64,000 nucleotides of DNA from a virus. The stretch covers positions 46,889 to 110,888 of IMG/VR virus record IMGVR_UViG_3300046000_004279; one strand, given 5' to 3'. The notes beneath the pieces are model-generated. The model worked only from the letters and a program-made list of their open reading frames with translations, searched no databases and had not been told where the DNA came from. Position numbers and translations under genes: made by a program. Shown in pieces: positions 46,201-56,399 of this stretch. Within the stretch, counting starts at the first letter, position 1; each line of letters opens with the position of its first letter.

Positions 46201-46970
46201 GTACTCGTACATACAAATCAGGCAATTACAAATACACTGTAAAAGATCGAACCAAGTATACAAACGAAGTTTCATCAATATACACCGTTAATGTCCCTGG
46301 TCCAAGACTCGTTACTAAGAAATCTATTCCATATCAACGTGCAAAGTTTGTGTTTTTTAAAGCTACAAACCTAAGACCGAATACTAGATTCTTTGCTTTC
46401 TATAATAATACAAATGTAAGTAGTTGGATTAATACCAGTATATCTTTTACGAATTATGGATCTCTGTCTAGAACATCGCCTTATCTAGAAGCGGGTAACA
46501 TCTATAACGCTAATACTCAGTTTCCAGCAAGTTTGGGTGGTCCAACTGATATCTATTCTAACGCTGATGGGACTATTGAGGGTGTGTTTTTAATTCCAAA
46601 TACATCTACTTTAAAATTTCCAACAGGAACAAACAAATTAACATTAATTGATATTAGCGTTTTAAATTTAGATACAGCTATATCTTATGCAGAAGCCGAT
46701 TTTACATCATCTGGCATGTTAACAACATATCAAGATCAAACAATTAGCACACGCATGGTAAAAATAGTTACAGATACAGAACAGTTGGATCCAATTCAAA
46801 TTAGTAAAACAAGAATTCCAAGAGATCCGCCAGAACCATCGAAACCAACCCCAAGAGAACCAACTGGTAATAACTCTGGCGGAGGAGGTAATGGCGCCCA
46901 AGTTCAGAAAATGCCGGTTTGCAAACCGCCGAAGGTTTCGAACGGTGGTGGGGTCGGAAAGCCCCGCTAA
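43227..46970 (+). CDS. large virion protein, VrlC/DUF4815-like, N-terminal part
   Basis: Y.DD.....NYHRILF..G..LQARELTQMQTILQNQ, APGADR, ESGNY.V.PF, M..IGKLE.R...LE..T.LSLLE. Confidence 0.85.
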   Translation: MVTSVIKNTFLTTYRDDWKDSDNYHRILFNNGRSLQARELTQMQTILQNQITKSGDFLFRDGSPISGGQIHLSTSAEFVKLNTAVYNLPVDPTTIIGDIFTGSTSGIEVRIDKVVVAEGADPATLYISYIDNNSLTAADTTAPLRLNAGETLTGLSSGVTLRVQSTNTTVNPCVGRGSTVSIASGTYYVAGHYVFADNQTLVISKYSTTPTENVGFIVTEDIVTASDNSALYDNSGPNPNLSAPGADRYRIKLTIAKESEVDSGTVFFNVVKIDNGYIVQSADEGTSSILNTIGDIMAKRTSEESGNYVVDPFIIKVQTNEDSDQRLDIAVGPGLAYVNGYRVQTLANTNFTIPKPRDTTLYPNQVSAVNYGNYVIASTLKGLPTINTLATVNLRSAITYGGSTIGTARVRAIEENGANYNIYLFDVTMSGGNSFRSVRSIGVSSVKYADLILEDGVATIIDTSNNNLFFDLPRYRPSELSDIVLTTQRLFTGTTSGAGSITLTAGTSEVFDDANSWITVTDSSGTVTSPSISIVAPFTSAVLTGLPFSSAVTVAAYVQKNAGSVKTKTLTNRATTYTPDGSGNITLDRADVYRINSAKLGSSVGADITSYYTFIDGQNDNYYGVGQLLLKQNKTPPVGNIYVDFDFFNHGANGDFFAANSYTGQVAYENIPSHTQANGDVINLRDVLDFRPRINDAGTGFTGTGAVRVELPKNTDLVNFDAYYYRAQRGLISINPDGSMTVGTGPSLVVDPKYPDVPPDSLVLYRFAINPYMVDDLDMTSEYMRYRHYDMAAIGKLEDRLDRLEELTTLSLLELETANIRVLDSAGVDRLKAGFTADNFSSHGYSDFNNPEYAASIDFQRRQLRPEFVQRSIELVYDSAASVGTILKGDTVYMQYSNTLWKQQPTFTSSEDVTSFEIAKMVGEIKLSPASDVWFDEETKPKKIVDGGFDLDVKSTRTWAGWNGDWSGWDDTELAALKVGDDLNSGTVTDTGTRTYKSGNYKYTVKDRTKYTNEVSSIYTVNVPGPRLVTKKSIPYQRAKFVFFKATNLRPNTRFFAFYNNTNVSSWINTSISFTNYGSLSRTSPYLEAGNIYNANTQFPASLGGPTDIYSNADGTIEGVFLIPNTSTLKFPTGTNKLTLIDISVLNLDTAISYAEADFTSSGMLTTYQDQTISTRMVKIVTDTEQLDPIQISKTRIPRDPPEPSKPTPREPTGNNSGGGGNGAQVQKMPVCKPPKVSNGGGVGKPR

Positions 46971-47016
46971 TGATAAATATGAATATCTTGCAAGTCAATA
47001 AAGGCTGAGAAAATAA

Positions 47017-48606
47017 ATGGCACAAAATTATACATCACGTTATTATCACCCAATTGCTCAAACGTTTCACGTTAATAATGATCAGGGAGTCTTTATTACT
47101 CAATTAGGACTATTTTTTACTCAGAAGTCTACGCGATTTCCTGTGTCAGTGGAGATTAGGCCAACTCTTGCAGGCGCGCCAGATTCTTTTATTGTTTTGC
47201 CAGATTCGGTTGTTACTAAATCCCCAGGAAGTGTTAACGTAGCTTCCAATGGTTCTGCAGAGACATTATTTGAATTTGATGAACCAATATATCTTGCGCC
47301 TAAAACTTACTATGCAATTATTGTAAAAACATACGCCACTGGCGCAGATGGATATAATGTTGCAACAGCTAAACTCGGTGAATTTTTGTTTGGATCAACG
47401 GTGACTAGATTCACGGGTGATTTAGATCCTGGGGTGTTTTTTAAGTCTTCAAACGCAGTCACTTGGACCGAAAATCAAGAACAAAATCTAAAATACAAAT
47501 TGTATCGTGCTTCATTTACCCCAACAACTGCTTCGGCTGTTTTTGTTGATGCTAACACACCGCGCAGAAAACTAGCGGCGGATCCGTTTTATGTTGACTC
47601 TGGATCAAATTCAATTATTGTGTCGCACCCTAATCACGGTTTTCAAGTAAGTGATCGTGTTTATATCTCAGGATTAACAGCTGCTACTCGTTATAATGGT
47701 ATTTTGGGATCAAGTATTGTTGGTCGTAACTTAATCACTGCTGTTGACGGTAGTGGGTATAGCTTTAATGCTGACTCAAGTTCGACTAGCAAAGGTGATT
47801 TTGGTGGTAGTAGCATTTTGGCTACACAACAATATTTAATGGATGTGGGTCAATTACAAATCCAAGCGGCCGTGCCGCCGACAACTACTATAACATATAG
47901 TGGTGAGTTTACGACATCTAAATCTTTTGCTAGTGCCACAGAGACCGCATACGCTTCTGGGGATCTTATATTTATCGAAAATCAAAAAGATATATATTTT
48001 GCTCAGCCACACGTCATTATGAACGACTCAAATGAAGTTCTCAATATTGGTGGTGGTACATCAACGACTATTACAGGTACAATGAATAGAGCATCAAGTA
48101 ATAATTTTATCGCTCCCGCCATTGATTTGCAAAGAGCTAACCTCTTAGCTATTAACAACCTTATTGATAATCCAGATTCGGTCGCAACAAGTGGGTTTAA
48201 CGTACCACTGCAGTTTGTTGCTGAAACAGATCGGTCTGGGGGATCATCACTAGCTAAACACATTACAATTCCAATCACATTGGCAGAGCCTGCTGTTGGT
48301 GTTAAAATTATCTTTGCGGCTAATAGACCAGATGGAACAAACTTTAAAGTATACTATAGGGTTGTAGAAGCGGGTGCTGATGTTAATATTAAAACACTAC
48401 CTTGGATTGAAGAGTTAATCGACGTTCCTATGCCAACAGACCAAAATCCAACTAAGTATAGAGAATACAGATACACAGTTGGTGGTGAATATATTGGAAC
48501 AATACAACCGTTCACCAAGTATCAAGTGAAGATTGTTATGACTTCGGTTTCTTCATCCATCATTCCAAGAATTAAGGATCTGAGAACCATTGCATTGGGT
48601 GTATAA
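47017..48606 (+). CDS. VrlC-like virion protein, C-terminal part
   Basis: PIAQTF.V....GVF.T...LFF, F.F..PIYL, FFKS.N..TW, PRIKDLR.IA. Confidence 0.82.
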   Translation: MAQNYTSRYYHPIAQTFHVNNDQGVFITQLGLFFTQKSTRFPVSVEIRPTLAGAPDSFIVLPDSVVTKSPGSVNVASNGSAETLFEFDEPIYLAPKTYYAIIVKTYATGADGYNVATAKLGEFLFGSTVTRFTGDLDPGVFFKSSNAVTWTENQEQNLKYKLYRASFTPTTASAVFVDANTPRRKLAADPFYVDSGSNSIIVSHPNHGFQVSDRVYISGLTAATRYNGILGSSIVGRNLITAVDGSGYSFNADSSSTSKGDFGGSSILATQQYLMDVGQLQIQAAVPPTTTITYSGEFTTSKSFASATETAYASGDLIFIENQKDIYFAQPHVIMNDSNEVLNIGGGTSTTITGTMNRASSNNFIAPAIDLQRANLLAINNLIDNPDSVATSGFNVPLQFVAETDRSGGSSLAKHITIPITLAEPAVGVKIIFAANRPDGTNFKVYYRVVEAGADVNIKTLPWIEELIDVPMPTDQNPTKYREYRYTVGGEYIGTIQPFTKYQVKIVMTSVSSSIIPRIKDLRTIALGV

Positions 48607-48812
48607 TGGATAATTATATTAAGGTTGATGGTCAACCAAGTCTTGTTCGTGATAGAAACTCTGGCGCTATAATCAATATAAATAGCACTGAGTTTGAAAA
48701 AGCGCGCTTAGCTAAGCAAGCCAAAAAACGTCAAGAACAAAAGCTGCAAGATCTAGAGAATGACGTAATTGAAATAAAAGCCTTGCTCCGACAACTGATA
48801 GAAAAGAGCTAA
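48606..48812 (+). CDS. small conserved protein with C-terminal coiled coil
   Basis: KV.G...L.RD..SGAIIN; EIK.LL. Confidence 0.75.
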   Translation: MDNYIKVDGQPSLVRDRNSGAIININSTEFEKARLAKQAKKRQEQKLQDLENDVIEIKALLRQLIEKS

Positions 48813-48813
48813 G

Positions 48814-51800
48814 ATGACAAGAGTAGTAATCGGACCATCAACAACACTAACCGCCTGGAAGAATTCTACAAACTCGCTAGATTCTGATGTTGGTGTACGT
48901 ACATCGCTTACTGCGACCAAGAAATCTACGCTTGTAGCGGCGATTAACGAACTTGATTCCGACCTATTTGGATCTGGGGGTGGTAGTGCTAGAACCTCTC
49001 TTACAACTGCTTCTAAGACGATCTTAGGTGCTGTCAACGAACTTGATAGTGATATAGGTGCAAGATCTTCACTAACAACTGCAACCAAGGTCAGCCTTGT
49101 TTTAGCAATCAACGAACATGATGCTGAGCTCGGAACGATTACATCTGGCGCGATGGGCACTACAGCTTCCACCGTAAGCGGCGCGATCAAAGAACACGAT
49201 TCTGACATTGGCACTCGTTCGAGTCTAACGACTGCAATTAAAACAAATCTTGTTGCGGCTATTAACGAGCTTGATAGTGATATTGGTGCACGTTCTAGTT
49301 TGACAACTGCAACCAAGGTCAGCCTTGTTTTAGCGATCAACGAACACGATGCGGAACTTGGTACTATTACATCCGGTGCAATGGGTACGACTGCTTCAAC
49401 CGTAAGTGGAGCTATTAAAGAACACGATTCTGATATTGGTACTCGTTCAAGTTTAACAACTGCAATTAAAACAAATCTTGTTGCAGCTATCAACGAGATC
49501 GACAGTGATGTTGGTAACCGCTCAAGTCTAACAACTGCAATTAAGTCGACTCTTGTGGCCGCTGTCAATGAGCTGGATAGTGATATTGGCGCGAGAGCCT
49601 CGCTAACTACTGCAACCAAGGTTAGTCTTGTTCTAGCTATTAATGAACATGATGCAGAGCTTGGCACTATTACTTCTGGTGCAATGGGAACCACAGCATC
49701 TACTGTTAGCGGTGCTATCAAAGAACACGATAGCGATATCGGTACTCGTTCGAGTCTAACGACTGCAATTAAAACAAATCTTGTTGCAGCTATTAACGAA
49801 GTTGACTCTGATGTTGGTAACCGATCAAGTCTAACAACTGCAATTAAAACAAATCTTGTTGCAGCAGTTAACGAGCTTGATAGTGACATTGGCAACCGTT
49901 CAAGTTTAACAACAGTTAACAAATCTACTCTTGTGGCCGCTGTTAACGAAGTTGACTCTGATGTTGGAAGTCGTTCTAGTTTGACAACTGCAACCAAAGT
50001 CAGTCTTGTTCTAGCTATTAATGAACATGACGCTGAGCTTGGAACGATTACATCTGGTGCAATGGGCACTACGGCATCTACTGTTAGTGGTGCAATTAAA
50101 GAGCATGACTCTGACATCGGTACTCGTTCGAGTCTAACGACTGCAATTAAAACAAATCTTGTCGCATCTATCAACGAGCTTGATAGTGACATTGGCAATC
50201 GTTCAAGTCTAACAACTGCGATTAAGTCGACTCTTGTTGCAGCAGTTAATGAGCTGGACAGCGACATTGGCAACCGCTCTAGTTTGACAACTACGATCAA
50301 ATCTACGCTTGTTGCTGCTGTTAACGAAGTTGACTCTGATATTGGTGCACGTTCTAGTTTAACTACAACTAACAAGTCAACGATTGTTGCAGCAGTTAAT
50401 GAACTTAAAGCTCGTATTGACTCTGATGGGGGTCTTATAGATCAAGCGGTTCTAACAACATCAACTGTAAGATTTGATGGTGGTGTAAACGTTGACAACA
50501 TTAACATCAACGGGACCACAATTGCTTTGTCAAGTGGTTCTCTAACTTTTGATGCGGCCTCAAACATTGTCCTAGATGCTGATAGTGCGACATGGACGTT
50601 TGCTGACAATGGTGTAACGAGAGCACAGTTATCTGGAACCACAAACATAACACTTGGCGGCCTTGCAGGAACATTTACAGTCGATGCAGTTTCAAATATT
50701 AACCTTGATGCAGCAACCGGTATTATTCAATTCCAAGAGAACGGCGTAACATCTGGTTCTATTGTAATGGATAGTGCTGCAAACATTACGTTTGACGGAC
50801 CTGGCAAGATTTATATTGATGCTGATAGTGGTGAAATTGGTTTTAAAAATAACGGAACGCAGTTTGGTGCTGTCACAGATAGTGCTAGCAACTTGGTTCT
50901 TAAATCTGGATCGACCAAGGCTGTTAAGTTTGCAAGTGCTAACGCAGTGTTCCAAGGAACAATTAGATCAACAACTTCTCTAGATACAACCGCGCAAGAT
51001 TTTGCTGCCGCTATTAATGAATTGAAGCTACGGGTGGATTTGGTTGACAGTGGTGGTGGACTAATTCTCGATAGTGTATTTAGTGCAATAGGTACCTTAA
51101 CCAACCTTAACACTGCTGTTAAAACAGATCTCGTGTCTGCAATCAATGACTTCTATGATTCGGTTTATCCAGCCATATTCACAAGCAGTGTTGATTCTTC
51201 ACGTATAACAAGCCTTGCGGTATCAACTGCAAAGATACAAAACTTGGCTGTTACTTCTGCTAAGATTGCAAACGATGGTGTCACAACTACAAAGATCGCT
51301 GATGACAATGTAACATATGCAAAAATTCAAAATGTCGGTGCAGCAAATAGAGTACTTGGATCTAAAACAGTTGGCGGGATTATTACTGAATTACAAGTTG
51401 ACTCCGATATCTTGGGTGACAACTCTGTAATTGCAACTAAGATTAAAGACAGAGCTGTTACAAACACTAAGATTGCAACATCAGCTATTACCGATAGTGC
51501 TCTTGCGACTAACGCTATCTCAAATACTAAGATTCAAAATAACGCTGTTTCTCTCGCAAAGCTGGTTAACTCTACTACTGCTAAGCGTGTTATTGCTTCT
51601 GTAACATCCGGTACTTTCTATTCAGAACAACAAGTAGATTCTGATATGTTGGGATCGTTGTCCGTATCATCAGCTAAGATTCAGAACAACGCTGTAGCTC
51701 TTGGAACACAGACCACTGGTAACTATGTTAGTAACGTAACTGCTGCAAACGGTGTTAAAATTACTGGAACAGCAGGCGAGGGTTGGACACCGATTGTATC

Positions 51801-52740
51801 TCTTGACTCTACAGGCACAGGCACAATTGGTAACTTAACCGTTGGTAGCAATCTTACCGTAAGCGGTAACTTGACTGTATCTGGAACAACCACAAGCATT
51901 AACACTGAGACAATTACTCTAAACGATAACATTATCGTATTGAATAACAATGCTACAGGTGCTGCATCCCAAGACGCTGGTATTGAAATTGAGCGTGGAA
52001 CAGATTCTAACGTATCGATTCTTTGGAATGAGACAACCAATCGTTGGACGTTTACAAATAGTGGAACAACACTTGGTCCATTCTATAATATTCCAACGCC
52101 AGATGAATATATCGACAGTGCAACATCTAAGTTTCCAACTACGTTTACTTATACCGCTGGAACAACTGCGGGGCCAACTGGATCTCTAACAGGCACAAAT
52201 CTTACTGCAATTTCGTTTGCAGCAATTCCGTCTGCAGGAGCTGGAGCTTCTGGTATTATTACAACGGGTGCTCAGACGATTGCGGGTGCTAAGACATTTA
52301 GCAGTACAATCACTGGATCAATTGATGGTAACGCTGGAACTGTTACAAATGGTGTGTATACAACGGGTGCTCAGACGATTGCGGGTGTTAAGACATTTAG
52401 TAGTACAATCAGTGGTTCAATTGACGGTAACGCTGGAACGGCTACAGCTCTAGCAACAGGCCGAAACTTTTCATTGACTGGCGAAGTTACTGCACCCGCA
52501 ATTAGTTTTACAGGTGCTGGTGCTGTAGCACTAGTAGCCACGATTGCGGCAGATGCGGTCGACTCTTCTAATATTCTTGCACTGTCAATATCGTCTGCAA
52601 AGATTCAAGCCAACGCTGTTGGGTTTACTCAAATGGCCGATTCTGCTGTTGGAAGTAACGAATTGCGCCAATCTGTTGAACTAATCATATATAACTCTGT
52701 AGGAACAGCTTTGAAGACTCTTTATGGCGCAGGTGTTTAA
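48814..52740 (+). CDS. fibre/whisker protein with segmented coiled-coil repeats
   Basis: 1308 aa; about twenty 25/26-aa repeats, VT..KI repeats, DAGIEIERG module. Confidence 0.85.
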   Translation: MTRVVIGPSTTLTAWKNSTNSLDSDVGVRTSLTATKKSTLVAAINELDSDLFGSGGGSARTSLTTASKTILGAVNELDSDIGARSSLTTATKVSLVLAINEHDAELGTITSGAMGTTASTVSGAIKEHDSDIGTRSSLTTAIKTNLVAAINELDSDIGARSSLTTATKVSLVLAINEHDAELGTITSGAMGTTASTVSGAIKEHDSDIGTRSSLTTAIKTNLVAAINEIDSDVGNRSSLTTAIKSTLVAAVNELDSDIGARASLTTATKVSLVLAINEHDAELGTITSGAMGTTASTVSGAIKEHDSDIGTRSSLTTAIKTNLVAAINEVDSDVGNRSSLTTAIKTNLVAAVNELDSDIGNRSSLTTVNKSTLVAAVNEVDSDVGSRSSLTTATKVSLVLAINEHDAELGTITSGAMGTTASTVSGAIKEHDSDIGTRSSLTTAIKTNLVASINELDSDIGNRSSLTTAIKSTLVAAVNELDSDIGNRSSLTTTIKSTLVAAVNEVDSDIGARSSLTTTNKSTIVAAVNELKARIDSDGGLIDQAVLTTSTVRFDGGVNVDNININGTTIALSSGSLTFDAASNIVLDADSATWTFADNGVTRAQLSGTTNITLGGLAGTFTVDAVSNINLDAATGIIQFQENGVTSGSIVMDSAANITFDGPGKIYIDADSGEIGFKNNGTQFGAVTDSASNLVLKSGSTKAVKFASANAVFQGTIRSTTSLDTTAQDFAAAINELKLRVDLVDSGGGLILDSVFSAIGTLTNLNTAVKTDLVSAINDFYDSVYPAIFTSSVDSSRITSLAVSTAKIQNLAVTSAKIANDGVTTTKIADDNVTYAKIQNVGAANRVLGSKTVGGIITELQVDSDILGDNSVIATKIKDRAVTNTKIATSAITDSALATNAISNTKIQNNAVSLAKLVNSTTAKRVIASVTSGTFYSEQQVDSDMLGSLSVSSAKIQNNAVALGTQTTGNYVSNVTAANGVKITGTAGEGWTPIVSLDSTGTGTIGNLTVGSNLTVSGNLTVSGTTTSINTETITLNDNIIVLNNNATGAASQDAGIEIERGTDSNVSILWNETTNRWTFTNSGTTLGPFYNIPTPDEYIDSATSKFPTTFTYTAGTTAGPTGSLTGTNLTAISFAAIPSAGAGASGIITTGAQTIAGAKTFSSTITGSIDGNAGTVTNGVYTTGAQTIAGVKTFSSTISGSIDGNAGTATALATGRNFSLTGEVTAPAISFTGAGAVALVATIAADAVDSSNILALSISSAKIQANAVGFTQMADSAVGSNELRQSVELIIYNSVGTALKTLYGAGV
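48880..50430 (+). repeat. tandem 75/78-nt coding repeats
   Basis: RSSLTTAIKTNLVAAINELDSDIG-type units plus His-containing B/C units. Confidence 0.9.
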
Positions 52741-52743
52741 TAA

Positions 52744-53682
52744 ATGGCAGTCGTAACTCCTCTCAAGCTCGACGGATCTAATAATCTTCGCGCGATGGAC
52801 GCTACAGATATTGCGAACATCAAACTTGAGATGATTCGTCAGTATGGCTTGAGTCCATCTGTTACTCTGGCATATTCTGCTGGTACAGGAAATTTACCCG
52901 CGATCTCAGACACTCGTTATCAAGCTGGTGCTGCAATCCTTTCAAATACTGCATTTGCTGCTGAAACTACTACTGCTGAACCAACTCAAGTTACTGTTAA
53001 CTATCAAAACGTGTTGGAAACGTTCACATCGTTAGCAGCACCAGCAGATACAAGCAACGTAGCGTTTCCTGTATATTTAACAGGTGCGAACCAAGTTCAA
53101 GCTATGTCTTTAACCGATATGTATGACACGTTTGTTAATGACGTTATTACTACGTTGACAACAAACAGCTTTAGCACATCACAAGCTGGAACGTATACCG
53201 TTCACACCGCAACCTCGTTAGCTGGGGCAACTCTAATCAATGCCAGCCCAATATTTACCGATACAAGAGCTGATACCACATTATATACTGGCGCTGGTAT
53301 GCCAGAAACTCTAGACCAACCAATAACTATAACTAACTACTATCTGTTTAGAGTTGACGGTGCGTCAGTTGGAACAATTCCAACTCCATTACAGGCGTTG
53401 ACAAATGGTAACTTGCAGGAGTATACTACTGCAGCGTTCCAAACTCTATTACAAAACCTTGTAAGATATTATGCAGCAAACGTTGTCGGCGCTAAGATTG
53501 ATTACAACATTACAACCTCTGCCACGGGTGGAAGAGGTTCGGGTATGGTTAACACAGACTTTACGTCTGTTACTGGCGCATATACAACACTTCAAACACT
53601 TGACAACTATTATGCGCAAGAGTTCCCCAACGGCACTGTGTCGACAATTGCAACAAACTATTTAAACTGCTTAAGAGTATAA
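52744..53682 (+). CDS. virion structural protein (Thr/Ala-rich)
   Basis: Follows the fibre gene; C-terminal Y.AQEFPNG. Confidence 0.7.
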   Translation: MAVVTPLKLDGSNNLRAMDATDIANIKLEMIRQYGLSPSVTLAYSAGTGNLPAISDTRYQAGAAILSNTAFAAETTTAEPTQVTVNYQNVLETFTSLAAPADTSNVAFPVYLTGANQVQAMSLTDMYDTFVNDVITTLTTNSFSTSQAGTYTVHTATSLAGATLINASPIFTDTRADTTLYTGAGMPETLDQPITITNYYLFRVDGASVGTIPTPLQALTNGNLQEYTTAAFQTLLQNLVRYYAANVVGAKIDYNITTSATGGRGSGMVNTDFTSVTGAYTTLQTLDNYYAQEFPNGTVSTIATNYLNCLRV

Positions 53683-53691
53683 GGATTTATT

Positions 53692-54282
53692 ATGGCTATC
53701 TTCTCAGGTAAACAAATTTTAAGAGCTGTTTTTACCAACAATGCTAATGATACAATCGAGTTGGTATATGATCATAAAAGTGATGGTAAAAAGCCAGAGT
53801 ATATCAGCATATGGATTCCCGCAACTGATCCTACAAATGAAAATCTAATAGCTCTTAAAGAAGCTGGTTGGTCTTTTGAGAGAATTCAAAAGGAAACACA
53901 TGAAAACATCGACGCGATGCTAAAGGCTCGCGCAGCTCAAATTCACCAACAAATTGATGCTAAGGTAAAAGAACAAGTTGATCGTTATTATGAAATCATC
54001 AATAGTGAAACAGAGATGACGAGAGAGCAGATTGCAACAGCATACGAACAACGTTATGCTGAGATGATCAACACTGGTCCAGCGATTACTACAACAGTTT
54101 TTCAATCTGTACTAGATAATAATGTTGACGAAGAACTATTGTTTAAATCAAAACTAGCTGCATTTGAGATACCAAAAATTAAAGAGTTAAAAGACAGGGC
54201 ATCTAAACAGAAAATTAGAACTGCAAAGTCTTTAATGGAATTGTTTGGAATATTGGATTCGTTATTACAAGAGGTTAAATGA
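53692..54282 (+). CDS. hypothetical protein (possible assembly chaperone)
   Basis: RBS AAGGA; helical. Confidence 0.65.
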   Translation: MAIFSGKQILRAVFTNNANDTIELVYDHKSDGKKPEYISIWIPATDPTNENLIALKEAGWSFERIQKETHENIDAMLKARAAQIHQQIDAKVKEQVDRYYEIINSETEMTREQIATAYEQRYAEMINTGPAITTTVFQSVLDNNVDEELLFKSKLAAFEIPKIKELKDRASKQKIRTAKSLMELFGILDSLLQEVK

Positions 54283-54941
54283 ATATTATCTTCGTGAATT
54301 TTGGCACCAAGTATACACCTTGGGACGTCAATCGACTTTATGATGGTTTGAAGAAATACGACAAAGGCTTCAAATATTATGTTTACACTGACAATGGTAT
54401 TAAAGATCTGGGGCTATACGGCTTAGATTTTACCGTTGTAAAACCAATGAAACCAAACTTGCCAAAATGGTGGAACAAGCTCGCTATGTTTAGTGAGGCA
54501 TTTCCAGCTAAAGGTAAGAATCTGTATTTTGATTTAGATACTGTTATCAAAGGCGATCCCTTCACGATATTAGATAATATTGATTGGGATAAGTTAACAA
54601 TGATTGACTGTCATTGGAAATCAAAAGATATCGTTCGGTTAACCAACTTGGATGTTACAGTTAACTCATCAGTGTTAGCATGGCATTCAGACAATCCTAA
54701 AATTCATAATATTTGGAACCATTTCAACAGTGGTTACAAAGACTATTATCTAAGAAAATATGTTGGGATCGATAGGTTTTTAGCTCACGAACCTTTTGAA
54801 AAAGATATGTTTGCTTACTTTCCACACGACTACGTTATGTCATATAAGTATGAAAGCCATGATAAAGTGGCCCCTGTGATAACCTTTGAGGAACTTGATT
54901 TTGGATCAATTGATACTGTACAGATCACTCAAGCTAGTTGA
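54279..54941 (+). CDS. GT-A-fold glycosyltransferase-like protein
   Basis: GTKY....V..LY, WWNKL.MF, LYFDLDTVI (DxD), NSSV..W. Confidence 0.8.
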   Translation: MNIIFVNFGTKYTPWDVNRLYDGLKKYDKGFKYYVYTDNGIKDLGLYGLDFTVVKPMKPNLPKWWNKLAMFSEAFPAKGKNLYFDLDTVIKGDPFTILDNIDWDKLTMIDCHWKSKDIVRLTNLDVTVNSSVLAWHSDNPKIHNIWNHFNSGYKDYYLRKYVGIDRFLAHEPFEKDMFAYFPHDYVMSYKYESHDKVAPVITFEELDFGSIDTVQITQAS

Positions 54942-55539
54942 AGAGATCTATGATGAGTCTATGTACGGTGATCCTGATATCTATAGGATTAAGGACATTG
55001 TCCATAGTGTAGACATTAACCATTGGAGAAGTAAACAATGGTTGGTTGATATGTTTAGTCAAGTATACGGATTTGAATCTGGTAAGGTGTTTGTCGCTGG
55101 TGGGTGGTATGGTCTTTTAAGTTTTCTACTGCGTAAGAGATATCCCAACAAATCGTTTAATATTACATCTGCTGATATGGATCCAAAGTGTGAGCAGTTT
55201 GGTTACAAATTGTTTCCTGATCAAGACATTCAATTTCAAACAATGGATGTTGTTAAGACTGATCAAACGTTTGATGACTGCACTGCAATCATTTGCACCA
55301 GTTGTGAGCACATCGATAAGGATGATCTTGCGTTCTTCATTAGCGGTAAGCCTGAAAACGCTTGGCTGATCCTACAGACAAACAACTACAAAGACCTTGC
55401 ATCCCATGTCAACTGTAGCGAGAGCCTTGAAGAATTTGTGGAGTTCGTTAGCAAGGTGTTACCAAGTGATACGTATTGGGCATACAAAGGTGCACTTAAT
55501 CTTGGAGACTTCACGCGTTATATGGTTATTGTCAGATGA
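54886..55539 (+). CDS. class I SAM-dependent methyltransferase (start may be 54901)
   Basis: SKQWL, V.GGWYG, S.D.DP.C, CTSCEH. Confidence 0.78.
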   Translation: MRNLILDQLILYRSLKLVEEIYDESMYGDPDIYRIKDIVHSVDINHWRSKQWLVDMFSQVYGFESGKVFVAGGWYGLLSFLLRKRYPNKSFNITSADMDPKCEQFGYKLFPDQDIQFQTMDVVKTDQTFDDCTAIICTSCEHIDKDDLAFFISGKPENAWLILQTNNYKDLASHVNCSESLEEFVEFVSKVLPSDTYWAYKGALNLGDFTRYMVIVR

Positions 55540-56399
55540 AAAGAATAATCTTTACAATTTTTATTGACATCCCCGATGAAGATTTGGATAACCCAGCACC
55601 TTATTCGGCAGAGGGTGTTCAACAAGTAACTGATAAAAGCAAAAAGACTAAAGATCAATTAACCAAATACAAAGATCGGTTGATTGATAGACAACAGCAG
55701 TATGCTGACAAACTAGGTGTTGAGTATAAGGTCTATCAGTGGGATCAGACTTATACTGACTTTGTTGATCATTTTAAGCAAAACTACCCACAGATTTCTC
55801 ACTATGATATCATCTGTTTCTATAAGCATCATATAATGTTGTTGCTTGCAGAACAGTATGATCAAGTGTGTTATTTTGATTTGGATGTTATCCCCAATAC
55901 GGATGAAAGTATATTTGAAGCATTTGACATAACTAATACATTTGCCGTTCCAGATTCGAATAAGGAAGCTGAGTGGGGTAAAACAGTCAATGCAAAATAC
56001 TATAACACGTGCATTCGTAACCCCGCGACGAAGTATTGGAATGCTCATGCGATGTTATGGGAAGAAGGTTTTGAACCTGATCAACATGTCTACAACACGG
56101 GTATAATGATCGCTTCAAGTGAGATTATTAAGAAACTAGATTACTTTGGTGAGTTTCAATCAACAATTAATCTAATGACATACCTAAAAAATCAAACACC
56201 ATCAATGTATCCTAAAAACATCCAAAGAGTGTTTAACTATGATAACGAGACTATTTTTAGTTACAAGCTGATTAGCAATAATGTTCAATCAACGTTGTTG
56301 GGTGATATGTGGCATCATGCTGTTGATAAAATACCCCATGATCCAGCAGCCAAGATGTATCATGTGATTAACAAAAAATTTCAGATATTCTTTGAATGA
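55536..56399 (+). CDS. GT-A-fold glycosyltransferase-like protein
   Basis: YA..LG..Y, YK, YFDLDVI (DxD), YNTGIM, DNET, HVINK. Confidence 0.78.
   Translation: MKRIIFTIFIDIPDEDLDNPAPYSAEGVQQVTDKSKKTKDQLTKYKDRLIDRQQQYADKLGVEYKVYQWDQTYTDFVDHFKQNYPQISHYDIICFYKHHIMLLLAEQYDQVCYFDLDVIPNTDESIFEAFDITNTFAVPDSNKEAEWGKTVNAKYYNTCIRNPATKYWNAHAMLWEEGFEPDQHVYNTGIMIASSEIIKKLDYFGEFQSTINLMTYLKNQTPSMYPKNIQRVFNYDNETIFSYKLISNNVQSTLLGDMWHHAVDKIPHDPAAKMYHVINKKFQIFFE

Noticed and set aside
48753-50375. 540-aa minus-strand ORF, and other antisense ORFs across the fibre genes
   Set aside because: Antisense shadows of repetitive, codon-biased plus-strand genes.
48880-50430. Possible CRISPR array or DGR in the tandem repeats
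   Set aside because: Units are in-frame with synonymous variation and have no unique spacers, adenine-specific variation or reverse transcriptase.
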